A stretch of DNA of 63,891 bases, the filler included, from Candidatus Zhuqueibacterota bacterium (GTDB lineage: Bacteria; BS750m-G25), in NCBI GenBank assembly GCA_016783505.1. It is 5 parts of 5 records of this genome, joined end to end, with 100 filler letters (N's around TTAATTAATTAA, not from the genome) between each part and the next. Parts side by side here need not be neighbours in the genome. Positions count along the whole stretch, not along the records: positions 1 to 8,926 come from JADHWK010000076.1; positions 9,027 to 17,944 come from JADHWK010000077.1; 3 more parts are not named here. The stretch is one strand, 5' to 3'. Below, one piece after another: positions 1 through 9,460 of the stretch. Numbering within the stretch: the stretch's first letter is position 1; each line of letters starts with the position of its first letter. A model generated the notes under the pieces. That model made no database searches, had not been told where the DNA came from, and was given only the letters and a program-made list of their open reading frames with translations. A program made the translations under genes and the position numbers.

Positions 1-2
1 CC

Positions 3-371
3 TCGGCCGCCTCCCGTGCCATGCTGGACCCCTACTGGTTGGGCGGTCCCGAGAAGCACACCAAACGGACCAGCATTCGCTGGGTCTTTCTGATGAGGAA
101 GGATGCCATCTCCCCGCCCATCGTCAAACCGGAGCCGGAGGAAGCGGTCAAATTCTTGGAGGAGGGCCGTTCGCAGACTGAGAGTGGTGGGTATAAAAAC
201 GAGCCCTTTTTCAATCCCCACCTGCTGGTGAAGACGCAGGAAAGGATCGAGCTCCAGAAACGGTTCTTTGGCAAGCTGTTTCAGACAGCGGATTGCTACA
301 TCGTGAATATCGGAGCAGAGAAACCGGAGCAGATTCAAGCCCGGATAAGGGCGATTATTGAGGGGGGATGA
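3..371 (+). CDS. C-terminal part of a conserved P-loop/HprK-PEPCK-like hypothetical protein (5' end outside window)
   Basis: Frame is open from the window start; PFFNPHLLV and CYIVNIG C-terminal motifs; GC-rich core-like composition. Confidence 0.45.
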   Translation, partial: SAASRAMLDPYWLGGPEKHTKRTSIRWVFLMRKDAISPPIVKPEPEEAVKFLEEGRSQTESGGYKNEPFFNPHLLVKTQERIELQKRFFGKLFQTADCYIVNIGAEKPEQIQARIRAIIEGG

Positions 372-420
372 AGGGGTACACTGATGGGGAATATTATATG
401 AAATATTTCTTGAATAACAA
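340..420 (+). repeat. ~80-bp direct repeat, copy 1 (3' end of upstream gene plus spacer)
   Basis: CCCGGATAAGGGCGATTATTG...GATGAAGG.GTAC.CTGATGGGGAATATTATATGAA recurs at 1246-1325. Confidence 0.9.
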
Positions 421-531
421 AATAATGAATGTTAACCAAAACAATAAATTCCTCTTTTTGAATGAGAATGGAAGAAAGTATGCTATTGTTTTAGGAGAGA
501 AGAATAATAAAGGCACTTATGGGAGTATAAA

Positions 532-819
532 ATGACAAAAGAAGAGATAAAGAGAATTATAAGGTATCATAAAGAGATTTTAGAAGAATACAAAGTTAAA
601 TCTATTGCTTTATTCGGCTCTTATGTAAGAAATGACCAAAAAGAAGATAGCGATATTGACTTTTTGATTGAATTTAACCAACCGACATTTCGAAATTATA
701 TAGGGCTCCTTTCGGAATTAAAAAAAATATTTGGTGAAAATACCGACCTGGTATGTAAAGATGCATTAAAGGAACGTATAAAGCCCTATATTTTAAAGGA
801 AGCAGAGGAAATAAAATGA
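532..819 (+). CDS. Minimal nucleotidyltransferase (MNT/MntA-type antitoxin)
   Basis: LFGSYVR...SDIDFL motif (GS, DxD), 95 aa, overlaps downstream DUF86 gene. Confidence 0.92.
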   Translation: MTKEEIKRIIRYHKEILEEYKVKSIALFGSYVRNDQKEDSDIDFLIEFNQPTFRNYIGLLSELKKIFGENTDLVCKDALKERIKPYILKEAEEIK

Positions 820-1169
820 GCAAAAGAAATTATAAATTGTACATTGAAGATATACTTGAGTCTATTGAGAAGATTAAGAGATATACTAAAGGAATGAGGT
901 TAGAAGAACTTTCAAAGGACAATAAAACCATAGATGCGGTAGTCCGGAATTTTGAGATTATTGGCGAAGCATCAAGACAATTGCCTGAAGCAATCAAAAC
1001 TAGATATCCAGAGGTTGACTGGAGAGCGATGATTGATTTTAGAAATGTTATAATTCATGAATATTTTGGAATAAGCATTAATATTGTCTGGGATATAATA
1101 AAAAATGAATTGCCACCTTTAGAGAAAGAAATAAGAAAACTGAAAGAAAGTTGGAAAAATGAGACTTGA
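816..1169 (+). CDS. HEPN/DUF86 RNase toxin (HepT-type)
   Basis: DAVVRNFEIIGEA and RNVIIHEYFG (Rx4H) motifs; ATGA overlap with MNT. Confidence 0.92.
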   Translation: MSKRNYKLYIEDILESIEKIKRYTKGMRLEELSKDNKTIDAVVRNFEIIGEASRQLPEAIKTRYPEVDWRAMIDFRNVIIHEYFGISINIVWDIIKNELPPLEKEIRKLKESWKNET

Positions 1170-1245
1170 AAAATATCTCATATTAAATAAATATTTATTC
1201 TTTCTTTTTGGATTTCGGCGGAAAGGGATTGCTATTAGTTGCCCC

Positions 1246-1325
1246 CCCGGATAAGGGCGATTATTGGGGAGGATGAAGGTGTACGCTGATGGGGAATATT
1301 ATATGAAGTACTTTGTGAATAATAA
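1246..1325 (+). repeat. ~80-bp direct repeat, copy 2
   Basis: Near-identical to 340-420; directly followed by GTTATAC at 1326. Confidence 0.9.
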
Positions 1326-1352
1326 GTTATACGCCACGCTTAGGAGACTACA

Positions 1353-1976
1353 ATGAAACGACAGTTTGATGAAAACATTTATACCTCAGTATCACTAACT
1401 AAACTGACAATATTTGCAATACATGAGATAGCAAATAATGGTGAAGAATGTGCTTATGAAAGAGTTGTAAAAGAATGTTTTACGCTATTCCCGAGACGAT
1501 TTAGCTTCCAAAGATACCCTGAATGGCCTGATGGAACGAGAGTTAAAATTGAGATATTGCGTTGTCGTGATAAGGGATGGGTTACAGGAAATGAAAAAAG
1601 AGGATTTCAAATTACATTATTAGGTAAAAGAGTAGCTCAAGAAGTGTTGAGAGAGTTGCAAAAGAGCAAGGTTAAGGAACTACGAAGAGGACAGACAAGG
1701 GACCGTGGGGATACAATAATCACTTATTTAAAAGAAAGTGAGCCTTTTGAGAGATTTAAACAAAACAAAAAGGATTTCAAAATCACTGAAGAGGAATTTA
1801 GAAAGTTGTTGGTTGCTACATTTGAGACTCCTCACAGAGTTCTTGAGCAAAATCTTAACTATTGTCTTGATGTATGCAAACAATATAGAGAAGAAGAACT
1901 TTATGCATTTTTAAAAGAATGTGAAAAACAAAAAGCACCCTTATTGAAAAGTCACACTAAAAGCAAGAAACATTAA
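1353..1976 (+). CDS. Hypothetical protein with probable N-terminal winged-helix domain
   Basis: RBS AGGAG; FPRRFSF..YPEWPD..RV and GWVTG...GFQITLLG wing-like pattern; first gene of a tight AT-rich operon. Confidence 0.6.
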   Translation: MKRQFDENIYTSVSLTKLTIFAIHEIANNGEECAYERVVKECFTLFPRRFSFQRYPEWPDGTRVKIEILRCRDKGWVTGNEKRGFQITLLGKRVAQEVLRELQKSKVKELRRGQTRDRGDTIITYLKESEPFERFKQNKKDFKITEEEFRKLLVATFETPHRVLEQNLNYCLDVCKQYREEELYAFLKECEKQKAPLLKSHTKSKKH

Positions 1977-1988
1977 GTATCGCAAGGA

Positions 1989-3899
1989 GTGAAGATGGTT
2001 GAAAGAGAATTTGAAGATGAATTAGAAAAAGAGCAAGACCTCCCTACAGATCCAAGAATACAAATACAAATGACTTATGGAACTATTCGTAATCTTGTCG
2101 ATGCGATAGTTGAGCTTGTGACAAATAGCGATGATAGTTATAAACGGCTTGAGGAAAAAGGTATTAAAGTTAAAGGAGAAATCAAGATATATATACGGAG
2201 ATTAAAGTATGGTAAATGCGAAAGACTTGAAGTATTAGATTTTGCAGAGGGGATGGATAAAGAAGATCTCAAAAAAGCCTTGAAGTTTGCAGCGGAAACC
2301 AGTGGATTTGAAAAAGGGAAAAGTGTTAGGGGGTTATTTGGAAGAGGGCTAAAAGAAGCGATAATGGCCTTAGGAATAGGAGAAATCTATACTATAAAGG
2401 ATGATAAACTATCTAAAGCTATTTTGTGGCAAGGGACTAAGGGAGGAAGATATAGACCACCAAAGGGGTCGCATATTCCAAGTAAAGAAGAAAGGGAAGA
2501 AATAGGTATTATTGAAGGGAATGGAACATTAGTAAGAATAAGTGTGACAAACGAAAAGATGAGTTGCCCAGATTATAAAACTTTAGTGCCACGGATTACC
2601 AACCATTATGCTCTACGAGATATCAATTCTTCACCCAAGAGAAAGGTTATCTTGAATTTTGAAACTCCTGAAAAGAGAGGATTGATGTATACAACGCCAA
2701 TCTCGTATGAAGCTCCCAAGGGAAAAGTCGTATTTGATGAGTCCATAAAGCTGTCTATTCGGGGAGATACGATTGAGATAAAAATATATAAAAGTGATGA
2801 GAAGTTAGAAAGCCCTCATAATAATCCTTTTGCGAAAGCGGGATTACTGATTAAAACTGCCAATGCTATTCTTGATAATGAACTTTTTAAATATACATAT
2901 GAAGAAGCAGGGTGTTTCTTCTTCGGAGAAGTAATATGGGAAGGTTTGGCTGAAAGATTAAGAAAAGGACAGTCGCTACTTGACCTTAATAGAGTAGGCG
3001 TTGAATGGAAACAAGAGGTTTGTCAGGTTTTGCGAGATGAGATTGAAAGGATTTTAGAGCCATTTATAGAAAAAAAGAGAAAGCAACTTGAAGTAAAACC
3101 AGCTGCTCCACCTCCCGAAAAGACCAGAAAGATGTTAAACAAATTATGTTCCTTGTTAAACCGATTTGCAAAAGAGGTATTAAGCGAATTGCCTCCTGAC
3201 ATAGAACCAGGTGAAAAGATAGAGGAATTAACTATTAAACCCTCATACGCAAATATTGAAATTGATAAAGAGAGACCCTTTTCTGTTTATGCGCCATTAG
3301 ACATTCTTGACCTTTCATCTGCACACTACGAAGTAAAAGTTGAGTCAGATAATCTCCATATTCAAATTCTTGACCCGGATATAGAACTTCAACCTGATCA
3401 TAAATATCCAGACCGTTATTATCGTGGTAAGTTTAGAGTCATAGGCAGAATAGATAAAGAGGAGGCAACGATTACCTGTAAATTAGGCGAGCATACGGCG
3501 ACTGCCATAGTGAGAGTCGCTCCATTGGGAAAAATAGGAAAGAGAAAGAAGCTGACTGGTCCAAGGGGTGGGTTTTTCCGTAAGATTGAGGCAGATTCAA
3601 ATAAAGACCCTTCGCATCGGGTCCGTTATGACAAAGGAGTAATCCGGGTCTTTATTAAGTTTCCTGTAGTTGCAAAGTATTTAGACGAGAGTTTAAGTCC
3701 CGAAACCCCCGAAGCCAAGGCAGTATTAGCAGAATTAGTAGGTGAGGCATTTTGTAGATTTGTAGCAAGAGAAGGCATTGACAGAGGCAAATATATTGTG
3801 CTTACCAGTGAGATTGATGCTTTTGCCACTGCTATAAACGAGTTGCAGAAGAACTTTTTGCATCTGATCCACGAAGCTATTCTAAAATATAAATTATAA
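1989..3899 (+). CDS. GHKL (MORC/Hsp90-like) ATPase with S5-like and C-terminal domains
   Basis: Motifs ELVTNSDD (N box), DFAEGM (G1), GLFGRGLK (G2), GTLVRI (G3); RBS AAGGAG. Confidence 0.85.
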   Translation: MKMVEREFEDELEKEQDLPTDPRIQIQMTYGTIRNLVDAIVELVTNSDDSYKRLEEKGIKVKGEIKIYIRRLKYGKCERLEVLDFAEGMDKEDLKKALKFAAETSGFEKGKSVRGLFGRGLKEAIMALGIGEIYTIKDDKLSKAILWQGTKGGRYRPPKGSHIPSKEEREEIGIIEGNGTLVRISVTNEKMSCPDYKTLVPRITNHYALRDINSSPKRKVILNFETPEKRGLMYTTPISYEAPKGKVVFDESIKLSIRGDTIEIKIYKSDEKLESPHNNPFAKAGLLIKTANAILDNELFKYTYEEAGCFFFGEVIWEGLAERLRKGQSLLDLNRVGVEWKQEVCQVLRDEIERILEPFIEKKRKQLEVKPAAPPPEKTRKMLNKLCSLLNRFAKEVLSELPPDIEPGEKIEELTIKPSYANIEIDKERPFSVYAPLDILDLSSAHYEVKVESDNLHIQILDPDIELQPDHKYPDRYYRGKFRVIGRIDKEEATITCKLGEHTATAIVRVAPLGKIGKRKKLTGPRGGFFRKIEADSNKDPSHRVRYDKGVIRVFIKFPVVAKYLDESLSPETPEAKAVLAELVGEAFCRFVAREGIDRGKYIVLTSEIDAFATAINELQKNFLHLIHEAILKYKL

Positions 3900-3913
3900 T
3901 GTAGAGTAATTTA

Positions 3914-5089
3914 ATGAAAAACATTCTTCTTGTCGAACCGGCATATAAAAATCCATATCCGCCATTAGGTTTGATGAAAATTTCAACTTGGCACAAGAGG
4001 AAAGGAAATAATGTACAACTTATTAAGGATACACCACATAGTCCAAGTTTAGACCTTTTTGAGGAAAATGAAATATGCTATAAAAAACTCAAAAACCATT
4101 ATGATATCATATATATTACCAGTTTATTCACATATCAAGCTCAATTCGTAATTGAAACAATTAGATACTATATAGATAAGTTCCCTAAAGCTCGAACTAG
4201 AGTAGGTGGAATTATGGCAACTCTCATTCCAGAGTATATTAAAGAAAAAACTGGGATAGAAACACATGTGGGACTACTACGAGGCGCTGAGAATTGCCCT
4301 CCAGATTATTCTTGGTATCCTAATTTAAATTATTCCATCAGCTTTACTACTCGGGGCTGCCCAAGGAATTGTCCTTTTTGTGCTGTTGGGAAACATGAAC
4401 CAATATTTAAAGTAAAAGAAAATTGGCCAGAAGATATTGATATTACTAAGAGAAAAATAATTTTTTGGGATAACAACTGGCTTGCATCACCTAACTTTGA
4501 AAAAGACGTTAAAAGACTAATGAAATTTCGGAAAATAGGAATAACCCAAGTTGATTTTAATCAAGGATTAGATTGCAGATTATTTGATGAAGATAAGATA
4601 AAACTACTGAGTCAAATAAAAATCAAACCACTAAGACTTGCATTTGATAATTGCTCAGAAGATGGGTATATACAGAAAGCCATACAATTGTCTCAAAAAT
4701 ATGGATTTAAAGATATAAGTGTTTATGTCTTGTATAATTCTGAAGATAAAAATGATACACCAGAATATTTCTATTATAGGATTAATGAAATAAATAAATT
4801 GGGAGCGTTGACATATCCTATGCGTTATCGGGCACTTTATAATGCAAATGGACAATATATATCTGATAAATGGGATAAAAAATTGTTAAGGGCTTTGAAA
4901 TTGTCTCTCATGTTTTATTATACGAAGGGGATGATTACAAAAAGTCGTGATGCTTTTAAGAAAATATATGGTAATAATGGCAATGAGTTTAAGCACAAAT
5001 TATACGAGATATATGAAAAAGATAAGCGAATAAATTCGAGATTGAGTCGGAGTAATTCCAGAATTAAAAGTGATTTTGTAGTTCCTTAA
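3914..5089 (+). CDS. Radical SAM protein with N-terminal cobalamin-binding-like domain
   Basis: TRGCPRNCPFC (CxxxCxxC); YPPLGLMKIS, ITSLFT and VGGI N-terminal motifs; DFNQGLD. Confidence 0.88.
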   Translation: MKNILLVEPAYKNPYPPLGLMKISTWHKRKGNNVQLIKDTPHSPSLDLFEENEICYKKLKNHYDIIYITSLFTYQAQFVIETIRYYIDKFPKARTRVGGIMATLIPEYIKEKTGIETHVGLLRGAENCPPDYSWYPNLNYSISFTTRGCPRNCPFCAVGKHEPIFKVKENWPEDIDITKRKIIFWDNNWLASPNFEKDVKRLMKFRKIGITQVDFNQGLDCRLFDEDKIKLLSQIKIKPLRLAFDNCSEDGYIQKAIQLSQKYGFKDISVYVLYNSEDKNDTPEYFYYRINEINKLGALTYPMRYRALYNANGQYISDKWDKKLLRALKLSLMFYYTKGMITKSRDAFKKIYGNNGNEFKHKLYEIYEKDKRINSRLSRSNSRIKSDFVVP

Positions 5090-5115
5090 AGAATTAAAGA
5101 GAAAGCACAGCACAG

Positions 5116-5219
5116 GCTTATAACACGGGTAAAAGACTACGCTTCGTTCCGTCCCTGCCTGCGGCAGGCAGGCAAATCCTGCTTACGGAGGAACTTCTTT
5201 TTTACCGATACCGTTAAGT
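5116..5219 (+). mobile_element. attC-like integron cassette recombination site, containing a CCTGCCTGCGGCAGGCAGG palindrome
   Basis: GCTTATAAC-ACGGGTAAAAGA...TTTTTACCGATACC-GTTAAGT imperfect inverted repeat; inverse core complements GTTATACGC at 1326 at 8/9 positions. Confidence 0.65.
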
Positions 5220-5368
5220 GAAACGGTGGCTTGAACCGAATGGTGGTCAAAGTGATGTGGCGAGTGATCATCCATTCTTAAGGGGAAAGCAGAGGCAGGA
5301 TAGCGATATTGATATTTTAAAAGAAAAAACAAAAGATGATTTTCTAAATTGTGTGGCTTAGGATAGAA

Positions 5369-5647
5369 ATGCCGACCTACGAATATAAATGCCAGGTGTG
5401 TGGTTATCTTTTTGAAGAATTCCAGAGCATGCTGGCCGAGCCCATAAGGCTCTGTCCCCGATGCAAAGGCCCGGTAATCCGGCTCCCGGGCACCGGGGGC
5501 GGGATCATCTTCAAGGGGAGTGGGTTTTACGAGACGGACTATAAGCGGAAGAAAGGGGAACCCGAGAAGCCCGAGGTGGAAAAGAAGCCTGAGCCTGAGA
5601 AAGCCAAAACCGAAAAAACCAAAAAAGAAAAGACCGCTGAGGATTAG
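5369..5647 (+). CDS. FmdB-family zinc-ribbon protein
   Basis: MPTYEYKC..CG..FE, CPRC, GIIFKGSGFYETDY; K/E-rich tail. Confidence 0.9.
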   Translation: MPTYEYKCQVCGYLFEEFQSMLAEPIRLCPRCKGPVIRLPGTGGGIIFKGSGFYETDYKRKKGEPEKPEVEKKPEPEKAKTEKTKKEKTAED

Positions 5648-5652
5648 CTATT

Positions 5653-7029
5653 ATGGATTCTGATTGGAAAAAGGGATTGAAGAGGCTCATCCGCAAGGTG
5701 GGTCGGGATAAGGTGTTAACGGGTCCTGAAGATCTGTTGATGTACAGCTATGATACCACCCCCTTGCGTCACCTTCCCCAGGTGGTGGTAACCCCAACGG
5801 AAGTCCAGGATGTGGTAGAGGCGGTTCAGTTCGCCCGCCGGGTTAACATTCCCGTTGTCCCCCGGGGTGCGGGGACGGGGATGTCCGGGGGATCGGTGCC
5901 CATTCAAGGAGGGCTGGTGCTGAACTTCGAGCGGATGAATCGGATTCTGTCCATTGACATAGAAAAAAAAATGGGAATCTGTGAGCCGGGGGTGGTGACC
6001 GCCACCTTTCAAGACGAAGTGGAAAAATTAGGCCTGTTTTACCCCCCCGACCCCTCCAGCTACACTATTTCCACCTTAGGGGGGAACGTGGCCGAGAACG
6101 CTGGGGGCTTGAGGTGCTTCAAATACGGGGTGACCGCCAACTACGTGCTGGGGCTGGAATTTGTGAATGCAGAAGGAGAAATCGTTCCCACCGGCTATTT
6201 TGATAACTATAAGTCAGAGATCAACCTGACGGGAATACTGATAGGTTCTGAGGGAACCCTGGGAGCCATTACCAAGGTTGCCCTTCGACTTATCAAGAAA
6301 CCGGAATATACCCGGACCATTCAAGCCCCCTTTTCCTCCATCGAGCGGGCCCTGGAATTGGTCAATGAAGTGATCGCCAAGGGGATCACCCCGGCTGTGA
6401 TGGAATTTATGGATGAGGAGACCCTGTCTGCCGTTACCCAATATTTAAACTATGATTTTCCCCACGGGGTCGCTGCCGTGTTGCTCATCGAGGTGGATGG
6501 GCCGGAGGATCAGGCTAGCCAGGAAGGGGAAGAGATTGCTTCTTTATGTCGTATTCATAAGGCGATGGCCACGGAATATGCGGACCGGCCCGGGGAGCAG
6601 GAGCGACTGTGGAAGATCCGACGGGAGATTTCCCCCTCCCTGGCCCGGCTGGCACCCGACAAGATCAACGAGGATGTGTGCGTCCCCCGGGATCAGATGC
6701 TTTCTTTCTTGAAAGGGGTGAAGGGTATTGCCAGGGGCCATGGGCTTTTGATCCCCACCTTCGGACATGCCGGGGACGGAAACTTCCATGTGAACATCAT
6801 GTATGACAGGAGGGATGAGGGGCAGAATACCGACGCCCAAATCGCCTTGGAAGAAATTTTTGATTTGACCCTTCAGCTGGGGGGAACCCTCTCCGGCGAA
6901 CACGGTATCGGACTGGTCAAAAGGGACTACCTTAAGAAGCAGTACCGTGAGGTGGAACTGGACTTCATGCGGCAGGTGAAAAAGGCATTTGATCCGGAAG
7001 GGTTGTTTAATCCCGGGAAAATACTTTAA
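5653..7029 (+). CDS. glcD: FAD-linked oxidase, glycolate oxidase/D-lactate dehydrogenase GlcD-like
   Basis: PRGAGTGMSGG, YPPDPSS, GSEGTLG, GHAGDGNFH, GEHGIG, FNPGKI. Confidence 0.85.
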   Translation: MDSDWKKGLKRLIRKVGRDKVLTGPEDLLMYSYDTTPLRHLPQVVVTPTEVQDVVEAVQFARRVNIPVVPRGAGTGMSGGSVPIQGGLVLNFERMNRILSIDIEKKMGICEPGVVTATFQDEVEKLGLFYPPDPSSYTISTLGGNVAENAGGLRCFKYGVTANYVLGLEFVNAEGEIVPTGYFDNYKSEINLTGILIGSEGTLGAITKVALRLIKKPEYTRTIQAPFSSIERALELVNEVIAKGITPAVMEFMDEETLSAVTQYLNYDFPHGVAAVLLIEVDGPEDQASQEGEEIASLCRIHKAMATEYADRPGEQERLWKIRREISPSLARLAPDKINEDVCVPRDQMLSFLKGVKGIARGHGLLIPTFGHAGDGNFHVNIMYDRRDEGQNTDAQIALEEIFDLTLQLGGTLSGEHGIGLVKRDYLKKQYREVELDFMRQVKKAFDPEGLFNPGKIL

Positions 7030-7130
7030 AAAATGCTTGATTTTTAACTTTTTTTTCGTTAAATTTTTAACAGGTTAAAATCGGGTCTTTGTTTTATTAA
7101 TTTTTATTATATAAGAAAGGAGAAGGGTAG

Positions 7131-8411
7131 ATGGCAAGTCTAAAAGAAAAGCTGGCCAGCCAGATACCGGCCCTGCGCCAGGATGTTCGCGGGTTGGTCA
7201 AGGAGCACGGCGCCAAGGTGATTTCTGAGGTGACGGTGACCCAGGCCTTTGGCGGTATGAGGGGGGTGAAGTCACTGATCTGTGACACTTCATTGGTTGA
7301 GCCTGAGAAAGGTCTCATCATCCGGGGTATTCCCATTGGGGAGCTGACAGACAGAATGCCTGAAGAGATTTTTTATCTCCTATGCACCGGTGAGCTTCCG
7401 TACAAAGCTACTCTGGAGGATCTACAGAAGGAGTTCAAGGATCGTTCCACCGTACCCGCTTACGTCTGGGATGTTCTTAGGGCGATGCCGGCAGACGCTC
7501 ACCCGATGGTCATGTTGAGCACTGGCATTATGGCCATGGAGGGGGAATCGGTGTTCAGGAAGAAGTATACTGAGGGGATAAAGCGGGAGGAATACTGGGA
7601 ATACATCCTGGAGGATTCCCTGCAGTTAATCGCTAAGCTTCCGGCTCTAGCTGCTGGGGTTTACCGGATCCGGTTTAATAAGGGCGATCTGATTCCCTCC
7701 GATCCCAGCCTCGACTGGGCAGGGGATTTTGCCCACATGTTGGGTATTCCTGACCCAACGGGTGAGTTCGCCAACCTGATGAGGCTCTATTTAACCCTCC
7801 ACTGTGACCATGAGGGGGGGAACGTATCCGCCTTTACCTCACATGTGGTGGCCTCGGCCCTGTCCGATCCCTATTATGCTGTATCGGCCGGGCTCAACGG
7901 TCTCGCCGGCCCCCTCCACGGTCTGGCAAATCAGGAATGTCTGAAGTTCGTACTCGCCCTCAAGGATAAGTACAGCGGTGTTCCCGACGATGAAGCGTTG
8001 AAAAAGTTTACCTGGGATACCCTGAACAGCGGCCAGGTAATCCCGGGCTACGGCCACGCGGTCTTAAGGGTGACCGACCCCCGGTTTACCGCCTTTCATG
8101 CCTTCGGCCAGCGGGTATGCCCGGACGATGAGGTCTTCAAGATCGTGGCTCGCCTGTTCGCAGTGGTGCCCGACATTCTGAAAGAGCAGGGCAAGGCAAA
8201 GGACCCCTATCCCAACGTGGATGCCGGCTCTGGATCTCTGCTCTATCACTTCGGAATGACTGAGTTTCCTTATTACACCGTTCTGTTCGGGATTTCACGA
8301 GTCCTGGGGTTCTGCTCCCAGATGATTATTGAGCGGGCATTAGCCATTCCCATTACCAGGCCGAAATCGGTGGGGACGGACTGGGTTAAAAACTTCGTGG
8401 CGAAAAAGTAG
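7131..8411 (+). CDS. gltA: Citrate (Si)-synthase, eukaryote/Geobacter type
   Basis: GGMRGVK, LHCDHEGGNVSA, GLAGPLHGLANQE, PGYGHAVLR.TDPR, PNVDAGSG. Confidence 0.93.
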   Translation: MASLKEKLASQIPALRQDVRGLVKEHGAKVISEVTVTQAFGGMRGVKSLICDTSLVEPEKGLIIRGIPIGELTDRMPEEIFYLLCTGELPYKATLEDLQKEFKDRSTVPAYVWDVLRAMPADAHPMVMLSTGIMAMEGESVFRKKYTEGIKREEYWEYILEDSLQLIAKLPALAAGVYRIRFNKGDLIPSDPSLDWAGDFAHMLGIPDPTGEFANLMRLYLTLHCDHEGGNVSAFTSHVVASALSDPYYAVSAGLNGLAGPLHGLANQECLKFVLALKDKYSGVPDDEALKKFTWDTLNSGQVIPGYGHAVLRVTDPRFTAFHAFGQRVCPDDEVFKIVARLFAVVPDILKEQGKAKDPYPNVDAGSGSLLYHFGMTEFPYYTVLFGISRVLGFCSQMIIERALAIPITRPKSVGTDWVKNFVAKK

Positions 8412-8654
8412 CGTTGACATCTTGGAATCTCTAAGAAAGAGCTAAGAAGTCGTTGCAAAGCGGCCGTATTCAAAAAACAGCAGGGGGCGGAGGAGCAAAG
8501 GAGCAGGGGAGACTCATTTTATCCATCTGTTTTTAAATTCTTTTTCCCCTCTGCTCTTTAAAGTTTTGGATTTCTAAGAAAGAGCTACGGAGTTATCCGA
8601 GCATTCGGAGTTATGTTCTCCATAGTACGTTGCTTGGCAGGCGAGGAGAAAAAG

Positions 8655-8691
8655 CACCGGCGGTTAAGCATACCCCGCCGGTGTTTTTTTT
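8655..8691 (+). terminator. Rho-independent terminator
   Basis: CACCGGCGG/CCGCCGGTG stem followed by T-tract. Confidence 0.75.
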
Positions 8692-8926
8692 GCCAAAGTT
8701 ATGGAAAAACAAACTTATGAAAAATTTTTTTAAGATAATCAAAAAAATACTTGCATTTTAATTTAGAATTTATTATTGTGTAGTACCGATATGGAGATGA
8801 ACTGTTGTAAAAAAACAATATATGGATTAAGAATTTTGGCTGGTATGTTTTTCATTAAGGTAGCAAATAACCACTATTGGAGAACATTAATATTATGATA
8901 TTTAGCAGAAAATCTGGATAACATTT

Positions 8927-9026
8927 NNNNNNNNNNNNNNNNNNNNNNNNNNNNNNNNNNNNNNNNNNNNTTAATTAATTAANNNNNNNNNNNNNNNNNN
9001 NNNNNNNNNNNNNNNNNNNNNNNNNN
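8927..9026. other. Artificial contig linker
   Basis: N-run, TTAATTAATTAA, N-run. Confidence 0.99.
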
Positions 9027-9266
9027 CTTCTCAATTCGCAATAGTGGAAGTAGAAACTCACGCCAATCATCAATAGAACCGTTCACCCCGTTTATCTCAA
9101 GCCCTTCGGGATCGTAATATATTTCCAACTTCTCTTCACAACACCCACATTTCAAAAGATATCGCGGCATTTTCCTTCCCGAACCCTTTCTGTGGTAAAC
9201 CCTGATCTGAGGATAACCATCTGGTCTTGTGTAATAAAAGCGATTGGATCTCTTCAATATATTCAT
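9027..9266 (-). CDS. Integron cassette hypothetical protein (3' end cut by contig break)
   Basis: ORF starts just after core site GTTAGGA (9306-9312, minus); KCGCC motif. Confidence 0.6.
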
Positions 9267-9305
9267 TTAAAAAACCCCATTAATAAAATACAATGTTACC
9301 CCTCA

Positions 9306-9439
9306 TCCTAACGAGTGAACTCACCTGTGTGAGACTTTTGACCACCTTAGGTCTTAAATACCAAATCACCTTTCCCCAACCCTCAAAACTTTGAAATCAC
9401 ACTGAACGCTTTTCAAGTCCGGTGCAGCGGGGGTTAGAA
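9306..9439 (-). mobile_element. attC site
   Basis: TCCTAAC-GAGTGAACTCACCTG...CCGGTGCAGCGGGG-GTTAGAA; GTTAGAAT end pairs with ATTCTAAC at 10295. Confidence 0.8.
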
Positions 9440-9460
9440 TGCGCCATTTTATGACCAAAT

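Noticed and set aside
5716-8473. Antisense and alternate-frame ORFs over glcD/gltA (and likewise over mutL, miaA and GT genes)
   Set aside because: Shadow ORFs of GC-rich coding sequence
8927-9026. TTAATTAATTAA motif in N-runs (four copies) and ORFs reading into them
   Set aside because: Artificial six-frame-stop linker; adjacency across contigs has no meaning
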